DNA from: Candidatus Bathyarchaeota archaeon
GTDB taxonomy: Archaea; Thermoproteota; Bathyarchaeia; Bathyarchaeales; Bathycorpusculaceae
DNA length: 64,000 nucleotides
Direction: 5' to 3'
NCBI GenBank assembly: GCA_963811105.1
Contig: CAWEPZ010000011.1
Span: 64,001-128,000 of the forward strand
Shown: positions 63,241-64,000 of the stretch, one piece after another
Position numbering within the stretch: the first letter of the stretch is position 1
Layout of the letters: every line of letters starts with the position of its first letter
The notes under the pieces: model-generated
Seen by the model: the letters and a program-made list of their open reading frames with translations, nothing else
What the model was told of the DNA's origin: nothing
Databases searched by the model: none
Translations under genes and position numbers: made by a program

Positions 63241-63987
63241 CTAAAGAAAGATAACGCCAATACCATATCCACCTTCGCCCCAGTCTTTAACTAAATCCCT
63301 GTGCGCATATTTTTGCTTGATCTCGCTCCAGAACCTTGGTGCCCCCCCAACGACTTCTACATTGCCGGGAACAATGTCATGAAAAGCCATAATACCATTT
63401 TCTTTCACTAATTGGCTATATATGCAGAAGTCATTTCTCAGTCCTTCATAGGTGTGATCACCGTCAACAAAAATGAAATCAAGTTTCTCATTTCCAAGAA
63501 TTCTTTTCACTTCATCTAATGCCTCTGCCAAGTGAGAGTTCTGCCTTATTAGATGTATGTTTTGTCGGTTTGTGGCAAATGATTCATACAAAGGAGCACA
63601 TGCTTGGGGATAGCCACCACCAAATTTTCCACCAGGAAGATCTATACTAATAATAGTTGCATCATCACTTGCAATCTTAGCGAATAGGGACAGGGTTCCA
63701 CCACCAGCGGTTCCAATTTCCAGAAGTCTCCTTGGTTTGCGCTTTTCCATAATCTTCAGCAACGTTGCAATTTCTTCCTTTATCTGGGATGAACGGATAA
63801 AGAAGCCACTGACCCCAAAAGTTAGTTTTAGGTAATCATCCACTGTTTTACAATTAGAGCTTTTTCTTTTAATAAGAAGCGATCCAAATGTAGTGATTAA
63901 AGTAAAACCAAGAAGAAATAGACGTAGCAATCGGACGAATTTAAATGAAAATGATTGACTATTAATCGACAAAAGTTTTTTGGTCAA
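63241..63987 (-). CDS. Class I SAM methyltransferase (Methyltransf_24-like)
   Basis: LEIGTAGGG, SID, DFIFVDGDHTYEG and GIMAFHD. Confidence 0.9.
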   Translation of the reverse strand: MTKKLLSINSQSFSFKFVRLLRLFLLGFTLITTFGSLLIKRKSSNCKTVDDYLKLTFGVSGFFIRSSQIKEEIATLLKIMEKRKPRRLLEIGTAGGGTLSLFAKIASDDATIISIDLPGGKFGGGYPQACAPLYESFATNRQNIHLIRQNSHLAEALDEVKRILGNEKLDFIFVDGDHTYEGLRNDFCIYSQLVKENGIMAFHDIVPGNVEVVGGAPRFWSEIKQKYAHRDLVKDWGEGGYGIGVIFL

Positions 63988-64000
63988 AGTTCTATTTCAG

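Overview
This is an archaeal chromosome segment, most likely Bathyarchaeia (TACK). The lineage is inferred from an archaeal-type IleRS, an intron-less tRNA-Ala(CGC), frequent TTG/GTG starts with GGAGGTGA-type SD motifs, and the gene families present. 1-13 kb: cell-surface and glycan-modification region with Thr/Pro-linker surface proteins, a comA-comB-ATP-grasp ligase-PIG-L deacetylase run, a SAM methyltransferase, DUF1616 and a GT2. 13-24 kb: mscL, a GOLD/p24-like membrane protein, sudB-sudA (NfnAB) with a tandem-RAM protein, a divergent AbrB-PhoU regulator, tRNA-Ala and ileS. 25-39 kb: MoxR AAA/DUF58/DUF4350/DUF4129/DUF1616 operon, a GT-C-like membrane protein and an ABC (FtsX/LolD-type) transporter. 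39-58 kb: low-density accessory region with small regulators, GH130, DUF72, several unannotated Cys/His microproteins, pseudogenes, toxin-antitoxin debris and an IS91-like HUH element. 58-64 kb: AT-rich glycan-modification cluster. Many genes are split by 1-bp indels, which are probably long-read assembly errors. The best candidate new system is comAB coupled to an ATP-grasp amide ligase and an N-deacetylase, which suggests N-sulfolactylation of surface glycans rather than coenzyme M synthesis. Also notable is a duplicated promoter-plus-hairpin leader whose palindromic operator occurs three times. All family assignments come from recognising motifs by eye; no database searches were run.
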